Shown: positions 18,978 through 28,813, numbered from the stretch's first letter. The stretch is 64,000 bases of DNA from Anaerolineales bacterium (GCA_040882365.1 JBBEBI010000037.1:9419-73418), one strand, 5' to 3'. Numbers and translations are program-made. The notes: generated by a model not told the origin, from the sequence alone.

Positions 18978-20492
18978 ATGCTCAAGACACTTGTCCCCAT
19001 CGGTCTGATCCTGGCTATGCTGGCCTGCAATTTCCCTACCACCACGGTAGGCGAGGCCAACACGGCCGTCCCGATTCCCACCCTGCAGAGCACACCGCTG
19101 GGCGCGGTTGTTCCGCCTCCCACCCTCCCGCCAACCCGCGATCCCAGCCTGCCCGTTACCACTCCCACCCCGGATAATGCCCACAGCCTGCCCACGGTGC
19201 GCAGCGATTACGTTGAGTACGTCGTGCAGCCTTATGATTACCTCAGTGCCATCGCCGACCAATTCGGTATCACACTCGAGGACCTTATCGCGTCTAACAA
19301 TCTGGCCGATCCCAACGCATTGGAAGTTGGCCAGATCTTGCTTATTCCTCCGCAAACCCCGGTCAGCCCTGGACCGGATTTCAAGATCATCCCCGACTCG
19401 GAACTAGTGAACGGCCCAGCCGCCCTATCCTTTAACGTGGCCGCCTTCGTGGATGCGCAGCCCGGCTACCTCAAGCAGCATCGCGAAGAAGTTGACCAGA
19501 TCTTCTTCAGCGGGGCTGAAATTGTGCAGCGCGTGTCCATTGAATATTCCGTCAATCCGAAATTACTGCTGGCGGTGCTCGAATTCCAAAGCGGCTGGCT
19601 GAGTGACCCCAACCCACGCAGCAGTACGGTCGATTTTCCTATGGGGATCACAGACGTTTGGCGTATCGGCCTGTATCGCCAGCTCTCCTGGGCGGCCGAC
19701 CGATTGAACCAAGGCTACTACGATTGGAACGAGGGACTGATCGCCGGCTGGCACACATCTGATTCCGTTCTTGTTCCCGCCTCGCCATCTATCAACGCTG
19801 GCACCGCGGGAGTCCAATACATATTTTCACTGCTTTATCCCCAAGACCAATGGCGCGAGATCGTTTCTTCTGGTGGTTTCGACGCTACCTACACGAGTTT
19901 TTTTGGCTATCCCTTCGACCTGGCAATTGATCCACTCGTGCCCATGGATTTGACCCAACCCACCATGCAATTACCTTTCGAGCCTGGCGTTCCTTGGGTT
20001 TTCAGCGGCGGACCGCACGGCGGCTGGGGCGAAGGATCTGGTTGGGCCGCGTTGGATTTTGCCCCGCCCGATATGTTGGGTTGTAACACTGGCGATGAAT
20101 GGGTGGTGGCGGTCACTGATGGATTGGTCGTACGCTCGGAGAACGGCGTGGTCGTGCAAGACATCGACAATGACGGTTATGAGCAAACCGGTTGGACCGT
20201 CCTATATTTGCACGTCGCCGCCGATGGGCGTGTGCAAGCGGGGCGAACCGTGCATGCCGGAGACCGCATTGGCCACCCCTCGTGCGAAGGTGGCGTTGTG
20301 ACTGCCACTCATCTGCACCTGGCGCGCCGATATAATGGAGAGTGGATACCTGCGTCCGGATCGAACCCGTTCATCCTCGACGGGTGGGTCGCCACCAGCA
20401 GCGGCGACTTATACGATGGGGTGCTGCAGCGCGGCGGGCAAAGCGTGGAGGCTTGCGAGTGCCGGGACCCCGCCCACATGCTCCAACGATAA
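18978..20492 (+). CDS. LysM-domain M23-like metallopeptidase lipoprotein, paralog 1
   Basis: Lipobox LILAMLAC. LysM is YVVQPYDYLSAIADQFGITLEDLIASNNL..ALEVGQILLIP. The C-terminal part has GGPHGGW...AALDFAP and ATHLHLARRYNGEWI (HxH), which are LytM/M23-type metal ligands. Confidence 0.8.
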   Translation: MLKTLVPIGLILAMLACNFPTTTVGEANTAVPIPTLQSTPLGAVVPPPTLPPTRDPSLPVTTPTPDNAHSLPTVRSDYVEYVVQPYDYLSAIADQFGITLEDLIASNNLADPNALEVGQILLIPPQTPVSPGPDFKIIPDSELVNGPAALSFNVAAFVDAQPGYLKQHREEVDQIFFSGAEIVQRVSIEYSVNPKLLLAVLEFQSGWLSDPNPRSSTVDFPMGITDVWRIGLYRQLSWAADRLNQGYYDWNEGLIAGWHTSDSVLVPASPSINAGTAGVQYIFSLLYPQDQWREIVSSGGFDATYTSFFGYPFDLAIDPLVPMDLTQPTMQLPFEPGVPWVFSGGPHGGWGEGSGWAALDFAPPDMLGCNTGDEWVVAVTDGLVVRSENGVVVQDIDNDGYEQTGWTVLYLHVAADGRVQAGRTVHAGDRIGHPSCEGGVVTATHLHLARRYNGEWIPASGSNPFILDGWVATSSGDLYDGVLQRGGQSVEACECRDPAHMLQR

Positions 20493-20494
20493 CG

Positions 20495-22075
20495 ATGCGT
20501 TTTTCCCGTTCCTTTCACTTGGTTTGCTGCGCTCTGGCGGCGGCCTTTGCCACCATCGTGTGCAGCAGCAGCTACATCACGCCCGGCAGCCTGGCAGAAA
20601 CCGAGGCCGTTCAGCAAGCCTTGAACGCCTCCGCCACCACGCTGGCTGAATTGCTGGCGCCGATTTCCACCTCCGCCTCCACGCCAGTATCCAGCGCAAC
20701 ACTTTCCCCGACGGCAGAGATCAACCCAGCGCCTGCGGAATCGCCCACGGCCGCGCCTCCCTATGTGTACGAAGCCCAATCGGGGGATACGCTGGCTGTA
20801 CTGGCTATTCGCTTTGGCGTCGCCCCAGAAGAGATTTCTTCCCCACAGGACATTCCGGCCGGCCTTATCGACGCCGGCCAATTCTTCACCATCCCCAACC
20901 TCCTCAGCCAAACAAGCCCGCACGACCGCCTGATACCGGATAGCGAGGTGGTGTATTCCCCATCCACCATCGGATTCAATACGGCGAGCTACGTGGGACA
21001 AATGGCGGGGTATCTGGCCAGCTACGAAGAGTATCTGCCCTCCCGTTGGTTCAGCGGGGCCGGGGTCGTCGACCGTGTGGCCTACGAGCATTCCATCAAC
21101 CCCCGTCTTTTGCTAGCCATTCTGCAAACCCGAAGCAATTGGGTGCTCGGACAACCTGAGGCCGGGAGCAACGCCGATTACCCGATGGGCCATGTCCTTC
21201 CGCAGGAGAAGGGCCTTTACCACCAACTTTCTTGGGCCGCCCGAGAGCTCTCTGTTGGCTATTACGGCTGGCGCGATGGCCGGCTGACTGAGTTGACCTT
21301 TGCCGATGGGCTGACCCTGCGCTTGGCCCCGGACTTGAATGCTGGCACAGTTGCCATTCAGTATCTGTTCAGCAAGCTATACACCTACGAGGATTGGCCG
21401 ACCTTGATGGATCCCGATTTCGGCTTCGCCTTCACCTACGGCAAGGCTATGTTCCCCGATCCGTGGCAGCGCGCCACCGAAGTGGAACCGCTCTTTCCCC
21501 CTGGGGTGGCTGATTCCGTGCCGACAATGAGTCTCCCTTTTTTTAGTACCCAAATCTGGTACTTTACTGGTGGGCCGCATGGGGCCTGGGAGCGAGAAGG
21601 TGCCCAGGCAGCGCTCGATTTTGCTCCGTCAAGCGTGCTCGTGGGGTGCGCGGATTCGGAAGCCTGGGTGACAGCTATTTCCGAGGGCCTTGTTATCCGT
21701 TCCGAACCCGGGCTGATCGTGGTGGACTCGGATGGCGATAATTTCGAGCAGACCGGTTGGGTGATCCTTTATCTGCACATCACCAATAAAGACCATATCC
21801 GCGTAGGCGACTGGGTCAACCGCGGCGACAAATTGGGCAATCCGTCCTGCGCAGGCGGCAAGGCCACCGCTACCCACGTGCACATCGCCCGCAAATACAA
21901 TGGCGAATGGATCGCCGCCGGGGGGCCGATGCCCATGGTGCTGAGCGGTTGGGTAGCGCAAGAGGGGGCCGCTCCATATTTGGGTACACTAGTGCGCGGT
22001 GATCGGGTGGTCACCGCTTGCACCTGCAGCAATGTTGAGGCACGCATCGCCCGTAGTGCCGAGGATCCTTACTAA
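20495..22075 (+). CDS. LysM-domain M23-like metallopeptidase lipoprotein, paralog 2
   Basis: ATG 20495 lies 2 nt after the paralog 1 stop. Signal/lipobox is FHLVCCALAAAFATIVCSS. LysM is YEAQSGDTLAVLAIRFGV. Catalytic-type motifs are GGPHGAW...AALDFAP and ATHVHIARKYNGEWI. Confidence 0.8.
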   Translation: MRFSRSFHLVCCALAAAFATIVCSSSYITPGSLAETEAVQQALNASATTLAELLAPISTSASTPVSSATLSPTAEINPAPAESPTAAPPYVYEAQSGDTLAVLAIRFGVAPEEISSPQDIPAGLIDAGQFFTIPNLLSQTSPHDRLIPDSEVVYSPSTIGFNTASYVGQMAGYLASYEEYLPSRWFSGAGVVDRVAYEHSINPRLLLAILQTRSNWVLGQPEAGSNADYPMGHVLPQEKGLYHQLSWAARELSVGYYGWRDGRLTELTFADGLTLRLAPDLNAGTVAIQYLFSKLYTYEDWPTLMDPDFGFAFTYGKAMFPDPWQRATEVEPLFPPGVADSVPTMSLPFFSTQIWYFTGGPHGAWEREGAQAALDFAPSSVLVGCADSEAWVTAISEGLVIRSEPGLIVVDSDGDNFEQTGWVILYLHITNKDHIRVGDWVNRGDKLGNPSCAGGKATATHVHIARKYNGEWIAAGGPMPMVLSGWVAQEGAAPYLGTLVRGDRVVTACTCSNVEARIARSAEDPY

Positions 22076-22077
22076 AA

Positions 22078-23586
22078 TTGATGAACCCTCCCAATTTATC
22101 CCGGCGCGAATTCCTTAAGCTGGCCGCGCTGGGCATGTTCACTTGGGCCGCCCCGTTCCCGATCCAAAAGCTGCGCTCGCCGGCGCTTTGCCCGCTGCCG
22201 CCTGCCAGTGGCTCTGTCCTCACGCCGGAACAGCTCCAGCGGTTGGCCGCCGCTGCGCGCACTTTCATTGCCCCCGATTTCGATGGCGCCCGCCAGGTGG
22301 CTCTCGATATCGATTTCATTGAAGGCCGTAATGAAGACGCCTCCACCATGTGCGGACCGCTGGCTATCGCCATCCTGCAGACCGCCGGATTGCTGGGTCC
22401 CTGGGCCAGCCGGCATGATTTCTGGCTGGTCGATCCACACGCCAACCCGCGCCCCTTTCAAGACACATTCCCTGAATCCCTTTACGATTGGTTCGAATTC
22501 GAAGAGTCAACATCCCAATTCGACCCGAATGCATTCCCGTTAGTGGCGGGTGACCTGATTTACCTGCAATCCGCGGCAGGCGATACCTACGAGCATGTGA
22601 TCTTGGTGAACCGCGTGGATGAGGCAGGCCGGGCCTACACCATATGCAATCTATTCATTGGCGACGGCACCATCATCGACGAACGCATGCTTTACGATCC
22701 ATCGCTACCTGGCAACGGACAACTTTACGATTGGACCAATCGCAGCCTAAGAAAAGAAATGGGCAACACGGGCAGCGGCGGCTATCACGTGTGGCGCGTC
22801 AAAGATGGCCGCAGTCTCGAATTCCCCACGGACACAAACAGCGTGCAATTGCGCGAGAGCCTTGACCAATTATTGCTGGCCGCCGCAGGGACTTGGTATG
22901 GCCGCATCCAGGAAATTGGCGGGCCTTTGCTCCACCAATTCAATCCTTATGCTTCCTTCCATCCCGCCTCTACCATTAAAGTGCCAGTGGCTTTGGCTTT
23001 CTATCATTGGCTTGAAGGGCAAGGTTTGACCGATTGGCACACTTATCTCAGCGAACATGGAGTCGGCGGACGCACTTACGCCCAATTGCTGGAAGCCATG
23101 ATTATCGAATCCGAAGAGGAAGCCACTGAAGTATTAGTGGGATTTCTGGGCAAAGCCTGGCTCGATGAGATATGGCTGAGTTGGGGCCTCACGCGGACCC
23201 ACGCCGATCCCCGCCGCAGCAGTGCCACAAATATCAGCATGGCATTCGAAAGCCTATACACGCGCAATTGGATCTCGCCGGCCAGTAAGGCTCATTTGCT
23301 GGCTCTGATGGAGACTTACACCGCAAACGATGATGCTCGGCTTGGTTTGCTGCGCCCGCGGCTGCCGGAAGACACAGTGATCTATAACAAGCGTGGCTCC
23401 CTTGTCGATTGGCCGCGAGTGGTAGGCGATAGCGGCGTCCTGCAACTGCCTGGAGCCGGAGCGCCGGCCTTCTTGTTCACCCTACACGGCATCGGCAAAG
23501 ACGCCGCTGGTTATGAAGAGCTCGAGGCGACGCTAAATCAGGCGATCGCGGTATTTGGCGATTTCTTAACGGCGCAAGCCACCTGA
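22078..23586 (+). CDS. Tat-exported two-domain protein: N-terminal Cys/His peptidase-like region plus C-terminal class-A beta-lactamase-like serine hydrolase
   Basis: Twin-arginine signal LSRREFLKLAALG. The N-terminal region has STMCGPLAIAIL...GDTYEHVILV, a C39/NlpC-like Cys...His arrangement (inference). The C-terminal part has ASTIKVPVALAF (SxxK) and a later NKRGS (KTG-like). Confidence 0.65.
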   Translation: MMNPPNLSRREFLKLAALGMFTWAAPFPIQKLRSPALCPLPPASGSVLTPEQLQRLAAAARTFIAPDFDGARQVALDIDFIEGRNEDASTMCGPLAIAILQTAGLLGPWASRHDFWLVDPHANPRPFQDTFPESLYDWFEFEESTSQFDPNAFPLVAGDLIYLQSAAGDTYEHVILVNRVDEAGRAYTICNLFIGDGTIIDERMLYDPSLPGNGQLYDWTNRSLRKEMGNTGSGGYHVWRVKDGRSLEFPTDTNSVQLRESLDQLLLAAAGTWYGRIQEIGGPLLHQFNPYASFHPASTIKVPVALAFYHWLEGQGLTDWHTYLSEHGVGGRTYAQLLEAMIIESEEEATEVLVGFLGKAWLDEIWLSWGLTRTHADPRRSSATNISMAFESLYTRNWISPASKAHLLALMETYTANDDARLGLLRPRLPEDTVIYNKRGSLVDWPRVVGDSGVLQLPGAGAPAFLFTLHGIGKDAAGYEELEATLNQAIAVFGDFLTAQAT

Positions 23587-23648
23587 ATGCCAGCTAAGAG
23601 AACTTGGCCAACCAGCACTTCTCAAATCGCCCCCATATAATCGTTGTG

Positions 23649-25193
23649 ATGTTTCGCTCAGCCAAGAGACGGCTTTGTGCCCTAATCCTCACCTCTGCCA
23701 TGCTGGTCTCGAGCTGCCTTCCAGCGGCAGTTGCTAGCATATCCCCCGTTCTCACCCAAACCGCCACTCCCAACCCGACGGCCACGCAACCCGTAATCAC
23801 TTCCACTCCGCTGCCTACGCGGCCCGCTTATGATCCCGGGCAACTTGTAGACTACACCGCCCAAACTGGAGATAACCTGATCGCCTTGGCCGCGCGCTTC
23901 AACACTACCATCGAAGACATTCTTGCCGCCAATCCCATCGTCCCGCAGACCGCCACCACGCTTCCGCCCGGCCTGCCTATGCAAATCCCCATCTATTACC
24001 GAGCATATTGGGGCACGTCCTATCAGATCATCCCCGACAGCCTCTTCGTCAACGGACCCGCGGCTGTGGATTTCGACACTCAGACTTTCGTGGATTCGCA
24101 GCCCGGATGGCTGAAGGATTACCGCGGCTATGCTTCCGGCAGCATGCGCACCGGTGCAGGTTTGGTGGACCTGGTGGCCACCAATTTCAGCGTTAGTCCG
24201 CGGCTATTGCTGGCGCTCCTGGAATTCCAGGCGGGCGCCCTCAGCCAGCCTGCTGTAGACCCGGCGAAGGCAACTTATCCGTTGGGATACGAAAACCGCG
24301 GCCATTCGGGCGTGTATTTACAATTGGTGTGGGCCGCCAATCAGCTCAACAATGGCTACTACGCCTGGCGCAAGGGGAAGCTCACCGAATTCGAAAGGCC
24401 CGACGAAACCATATACAGGCCCGATCCCTGGCAGAATGCCGCCACTGTTTCCTTGCAGCTTTTTTTCAACATCACGGAGCCTTTGCAAACCTTCGAAGCG
24501 GCCATCGGCCCCGAGGGTTTGGCACTGACTTTCGCCAACCTTTTCGGCGACCCCTGGGTCAGCGCCGTGGCTCACATCCCGGGCAGCTTAGTTCAACCCG
24601 AGTTCCGCCTGCCCTTTCCGCCCAGGCAGGTTTGGTCCCACACTGGTGGCCCTCATACCGGTTGGGGGCAGGGAGAACCGTTCGCCGCGCTGGACTTTGC
24701 CCCCGGGGAGCAACGCGGCTGCTTCGCCACAGGCCAGTGGGCTACTGCCGTTGCTGATGGATTGGTTGTGCGCACGGACGTTGGTGTGGTCGTGCTGGAT
24801 TTAGATGGCGATGGAGATGAGCGCACGGGCTGGGTGGTCTTCTATCTGCACTTGGCAAAGGAGGAAAAAGCCCGGGTAGGCGACCAACTGGCCGCCGGGC
24901 AGCCTGTCGGCCATCCCTCGTGCGAGGGCGGTTCTTCTACAGGCACACACGTGCATTTAGCCCGCAAATACAATGGCGAGTGGATCGAGGCGGCGGGCGC
25001 TTTGCCCTTTGTGATGGAAGGCTGGATTCCAGATGAAGGAACGGCGGCCTATTCCGGTACCCTGGCTCGTCAGGGATACCTGATCCGGGCTTGCGTGGGC
25101 TGTTCCGATGCGGCCAGCGCCATCACATCCCAGGCGCCTGCCGTGGCTCTGCCCACGCCGGCGCCGGAACCGACAGCAGAACCTGGTTCCTGA
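23649..25193 (+). CDS. LysM-domain M23-like metallopeptidase lipoprotein, paralog 3
   Basis: Signal/lipobox MFRSAKRRLCALILTSAMLVSSC. LysM is YTAQTGDNLIALAARFNTTIEDILAANP. Catalytic-type motifs are GGPHTGW...AALDFAP and GTHVHLARKYNGEWI. The track start is 23604. Confidence 0.8.
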   Translation: MFRSAKRRLCALILTSAMLVSSCLPAAVASISPVLTQTATPNPTATQPVITSTPLPTRPAYDPGQLVDYTAQTGDNLIALAARFNTTIEDILAANPIVPQTATTLPPGLPMQIPIYYRAYWGTSYQIIPDSLFVNGPAAVDFDTQTFVDSQPGWLKDYRGYASGSMRTGAGLVDLVATNFSVSPRLLLALLEFQAGALSQPAVDPAKATYPLGYENRGHSGVYLQLVWAANQLNNGYYAWRKGKLTEFERPDETIYRPDPWQNAATVSLQLFFNITEPLQTFEAAIGPEGLALTFANLFGDPWVSAVAHIPGSLVQPEFRLPFPPRQVWSHTGGPHTGWGQGEPFAALDFAPGEQRGCFATGQWATAVADGLVVRTDVGVVVLDLDGDGDERTGWVVFYLHLAKEEKARVGDQLAAGQPVGHPSCEGGSSTGTHVHLARKYNGEWIEAAGALPFVMEGWIPDEGTAAYSGTLARQGYLIRACVGCSDAASAITSQAPAVALPTPAPEPTAEPGS

Positions 25194-25610
25194 TTATCCT
25201 TCGCGGATCTCGTAGCGCGAATCGATCTTCACGGCGTGCTTGAGCATATTGTAGGTCGGGCAATATCTCTCTTGAGAGAGCTGAACGGCACGCTCCACGG
25301 CGGCGGGGTCTAGGCCTTTGCCCGTAACTATGTATTCCACCAGCACCTGAGTCCACACTTTCGGATGTTCGGCGGACCTTTCAGTATTCACGCGCACTTC
25401 GAAAGCGGAAACTTGCTGGCGTTTCTTTTCGAGGATAGAGATCACATCCATCCCCGTACAGCTCCCCAGCCCTAAAGCCATCAATTCGAGGGGTGTAAAT
25501 CCATCCCCCGCTCCTCCCACATCCTTATGACCGCTCAAATCCAATGAAAATCCGCTGGGAGCGGATCCTGCGAAGCTCAACCCCCGTTTCCACTTTACCT
25601 CCACCTGCAT
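25194..25610 (-). CDS. OsmC/Ohr-family peroxiredoxin-like protein
   Basis: GFTPLELMALGLGSCTGMDVISIL...LSQERYCPT carries the two conserved Cys of the OsmC family. Start taken at MQVEVKW (25610). The stop abuts the convergent paralog 3 stop. Confidence 0.8.
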   Translation of the reverse strand: MQVEVKWKRGLSFAGSAPSGFSLDLSGHKDVGGAGDGFTPLELMALGLGSCTGMDVISILEKKRQQVSAFEVRVNTERSAEHPKVWTQVLVEYIVTGKGLDPAAVERAVQLSQERYCPTYNMLKHAVKIDSRYEIREG

Positions 25611-25687
25611 GATTCGACCTCCATCGGGATCAGAGTCATTATAGTCTGTCCTTCGCTTCACAAATCCCGTTACAATCAACATCGTCC

Positions 25688-28255
25688 ATGATCCCGATTC
25701 ATCTATCGATTTCCGGTTTCCTATCCTACCGCGATCCAGTCGAACTGGATTTCACCCGTTTCGACCTGGCTTGCATCTCGGGTCCTAACGGCGCCGGAAA
25801 ATCGGCATTGTTGGATGCGATTACCTTCGCGCTCTTCGGACAGGCCCGTAATCGCGGCGATACACTGATTAACAGCCACAAGGATGTGGACTCCGCCCGG
25901 GTCGCCTTCACCTTCAGCTACGAAAGCAATGTGTACCGCGTACAGCGCATTGCGCCGCGTGAGAAAAACACTCTCCTCGAATTCCAAATCCAAACCGGGG
26001 AAAACAAGTGGAAGGCGCTCACTGAGCGCACCTTGCGCGAGACAGATGCACGCATTCTGGAAACCCTGCGGTTGGACTACGAGACCTTTATCAACGCTTC
26101 GTTTTTCTTGCAAGGCAAGGCAGACCAGTTCACCCAGCAGCGCCCGGGGGACCGCAAACGCATCCTTAGCAGTGTGCTGGGTCTGGAGATTTGGGAGGAA
26201 TACCGCCTGCGCGCCGCTCAGCGGCGCAAAACCATCGAAGATCAGATGGCTGTGCTAGAGGGCCGCTTGCAGGAGATCGCCAACGAGCTGGCCCAGGAAG
26301 AACAACGCAAAGCGCGACTGCAGGAACTGCAGGTCCAGCTCAAGGCCGTGAGCGAAACGCGCGCCGCGCAAGAATCTGTACTGGAAGGCCTGCGCGCCCG
26401 TGCTGCCGCCGTAGAGCAGCAACGGACGCTGGTGGCCACGCTGGCCGCTCAATTAGAGCGCACACAAACCCAGGTTTCTCAACTAGGCGCCCGACTGGAG
26501 GAGCGGCGTGCTGAGCAAACTTCCTATGCCGAGCTTCTCGGCAAAGCCAAGGAAATCGAAGCATCTTACGCGGCCTGGCAAAAGCTGCGGGAAGAATTGA
26601 ACCGTCTGGATGGGATCGCGTCACAATTCCACGAAGCGGAGCGCAACCGCAACGCCCCGCTGAACCAGATCGAGAAGGAGCGTTCCAGGCTGGAGACCGA
26701 GCACAGGACCCTGACCGCAGAAAAAGCCAATCTGCAAAGCCTTACGGCCAGTAAGGCCCATTTGGAGCCGGAATACAAGTCTTTTGCTGCCGAGATCGCC
26801 AAGGCGGAAAAGCAAATCTCCAAGAGGCCTAAGCTCGAAACCGACCTAAAGAAAGAACAGGAAGCCCAGACTCGGGCACAGACCGAAAACCCTCTGCTGA
26901 GGGATGAAATGTTTGCCCTGAAGGGCAAGATTAGGCAAATGGAGGATGCCAAGGGCGCGGCCGCCTGCCCCACCTGCGGGCAACCACTGACCGAGGACCA
27001 CCGCGTGTCGGTGATCGCCGAGTTGACCAAAGAGGGCACAAAGATGGGGGATCGCTATCGTGCCAACCAGCGCGCCCTTCAGCAGGTAGATCAGCTTGTG
27101 GCGAAACTTGAGCAGGACTTGGCTGCCCTGAAGCAACTTGAAGAGTACTTGCGAGCCAAGACGGTGAAGGCCGCGCAACTGCAGAGCCGCATTGATGAAC
27201 TTGTCGAAGTGGAGACGGCCTGGAATAAGCAGCGCGCGCCCCTACTCGCCGATGTCGAGACGGCTCTCACGAACGAGACATTTGCGGAGAAGGCGCGCAC
27301 CGAGTTGGCAAAGATCGACGCCAAACTCAAGGCCATGGGTTACGACGCCGCGCAGCACGATGCCATCCGCAAACAGGAAATGGAAGAGCGCGCCATCGAA
27401 TCACAGATGCGCCTGCTGGAACAGGCCCGCGCAACAACCAAACCGCTGGAGCGCGAAATCAAGGACCTGGAGAAGCAGATCGCCGCGCAGGAAAAAGAAT
27501 TGGCGGAACAGGAGGTTTCCCACAAACAAGCCACCGAGGCCTTGGCGCCCATAGCGGCCGGCTTGCCAGACGTACAGAGTGCAGAGCGCTCCATGTTGGA
27601 TACCCAGGAACGGGAAAACCAGGTGCGTCAGGCCGTGGGCGCCGCCCAACAAGAGGTAGCCGTCCTCGATACCTTGCGCATACGCCGGGTGGAATACGAG
27701 GACCAGCGCGAGGACCTGGCCAGCCAGGTGAGCCAATTTCAGGCGCTGGAACGCGCCTTCGGCAAGGATGGCGTGCCGGCCATGCTCATCGAGCAGGCAC
27801 TGCCACAAATTGAGACCAAGGCCAACCAGATCCTGGATCGGTTGAGCGCGGGAAGCATGAGCATTCGTTTCGTCACGCAGCAGAAATACAAAGACAGCAA
27901 ACGCGAGGACCTGCGCGAGACATTGGAGATCCAGATCGGCGACAGCGCCGGCATCCGCGATTACGAAATGTTCTCCGGGGGCGAAGCCTTCCGCATTGAC
28001 TTTGCCATCCGCCTGGCGCTATCCGAGGTGCTCGCCCAAAGGGCCGGGGCCCGGCTTCAAACCCTGGTGATCGACGAAGGCTTCGGCAGCCAGGATGAAG
28101 CCGGCCTCCAGCGCCTGGTGGAAGTCATCAGCCAGGTGCGCCAGGATTTCGCCAAGATCCTTGTAATTACCCATCTCGATTCGCTTAAAGAATCCTTCCC
28201 CAATCGCATCGAGGTGGAGAAAGGTCCGCGTGGGTCGGTGGTAACGGTGGTTTAG
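25688..28255 (+). CDS. sbcC: SbcC/Rad50-family ATPase with coiled coil and zinc hook
   Basis: Walker A is ISGPNGAGKSALLDAITFALFG. Long heptad-rich Q/E/A/L/K coiled coil with a central CPTCGQPL zinc hook. The C-terminal part has the signature FSGGEAFRIDFAIRLAL and Walker B TLVIDEGFG. Confidence 0.85.
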   Translation: MIPIHLSISGFLSYRDPVELDFTRFDLACISGPNGAGKSALLDAITFALFGQARNRGDTLINSHKDVDSARVAFTFSYESNVYRVQRIAPREKNTLLEFQIQTGENKWKALTERTLRETDARILETLRLDYETFINASFFLQGKADQFTQQRPGDRKRILSSVLGLEIWEEYRLRAAQRRKTIEDQMAVLEGRLQEIANELAQEEQRKARLQELQVQLKAVSETRAAQESVLEGLRARAAAVEQQRTLVATLAAQLERTQTQVSQLGARLEERRAEQTSYAELLGKAKEIEASYAAWQKLREELNRLDGIASQFHEAERNRNAPLNQIEKERSRLETEHRTLTAEKANLQSLTASKAHLEPEYKSFAAEIAKAEKQISKRPKLETDLKKEQEAQTRAQTENPLLRDEMFALKGKIRQMEDAKGAAACPTCGQPLTEDHRVSVIAELTKEGTKMGDRYRANQRALQQVDQLVAKLEQDLAALKQLEEYLRAKTVKAAQLQSRIDELVEVETAWNKQRAPLLADVETALTNETFAEKARTELAKIDAKLKAMGYDAAQHDAIRKQEMEERAIESQMRLLEQARATTKPLEREIKDLEKQIAAQEKELAEQEVSHKQATEALAPIAAGLPDVQSAERSMLDTQERENQVRQAVGAAQQEVAVLDTLRIRRVEYEDQREDLASQVSQFQALERAFGKDGVPAMLIEQALPQIETKANQILDRLSAGSMSIRFVTQQKYKDSKREDLRETLEIQIGDSAGIRDYEMFSGGEAFRIDFAIRLALSEVLAQRAGARLQTLVIDEGFGSQDEAGLQRLVEVISQVRQDFAKILVITHLDSLKESFPNRIEVEKGPRGSVVTVV

Positions 28256-28258
28256 ATC

Positions 28259-28813
28259 ATGGCCCAGGGAAACCGTGTGTCCCGTGGTCAACGCGTCATC
28301 ATCATCGGTAATAGTGGCTCTGGGAAAACCTTTCTTGCCAACAAAATAAGTCCTTTTGCAGGAGAAGTCTTTCATCTGGATGAATTCTTTTGGCAGCCAG
28401 GGGGGTTTAACAAAAAGCGTCCTCAAGACGCCATAGCGCAAGAACTGCTGGCTGTTTCCAAACTGGAGAGGTGGGTGGTCGAAGGCGTCTATGGAGAATT
28501 GGTGGAATTCTTCGTAGAGAAAGCCGCATGCTTGATATGGCTAGATATGGATTGGGAAGTCTGTAGGAAGAATCTTCTTCACCGCGGGTCAGAATCCAGC
28601 AAACAACTGGATTCTGAAACTGCGAGGATAAATTTTCTGGCCCTGATCGATTGGGCATCTAAATACTGGGAGCGTACCAACCCCCGTTCTTACTTGGGTC
28701 ATCAACAACTCTACGATAGATTCCCAAGATCAAAGTACAGGCTGAAATCTAAAGGTGATTTAAACACCTTTGTTATTGCCGTATCTGCCAGTTATAATTC
28801 CTCTGAATTCTAA
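28259..28813 (+). CDS. Small P-loop NTPase (adenylate-kinase/topology-modulation-protein-like)
   Basis: [19 protein letters not shown] is a Walker A motif. ~184 aa, starting 3 nt after the sbcC stop. Visibly more AT-rich than its neighbours (by eye, not computed). Confidence 0.6.
   Translation: MAQGNRVSRGQRVIIIGNSGSGKTFLANKISPFAGEVFHLDEFFWQPGGFNKKRPQDAIAQELLAVSKLERWVVEGVYGELVEFFVEKAACLIWLDMDWEVCRKNLLHRGSESSKQLDSETARINFLALIDWASKYWERTNPRSYLGHQQLYDRFPRSKYRLKSKGDLNTFVIAVSASYNSSEF

Noticed and set aside
20354-20372. GGATCGAACCCGTTC, resembling a tRNA T-arm
   Set aside because: It lies inside the conserved C-terminal domain of M23 paralog 1 (codons ...SGSNPFIL...). No acceptor or anticodon stems can be drawn around it.
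20309-21091. 260-aa minus-strand ORF opposite LysM/M23 paralogs 1 and 2
   Set aside because: Its Gly/Arg-rich antisense translation has no motifs, and the plus strand encodes clear LysM and M23 domains.
25194-28255. Search for sbcD/mre11 next to sbcC
   Set aside because: No calcineurin-like phosphoesterase motifs (DxH, GDxxDR, GNHD) appear in any frame on either flank. The absence is reported as a finding rather than forcing an annotation.
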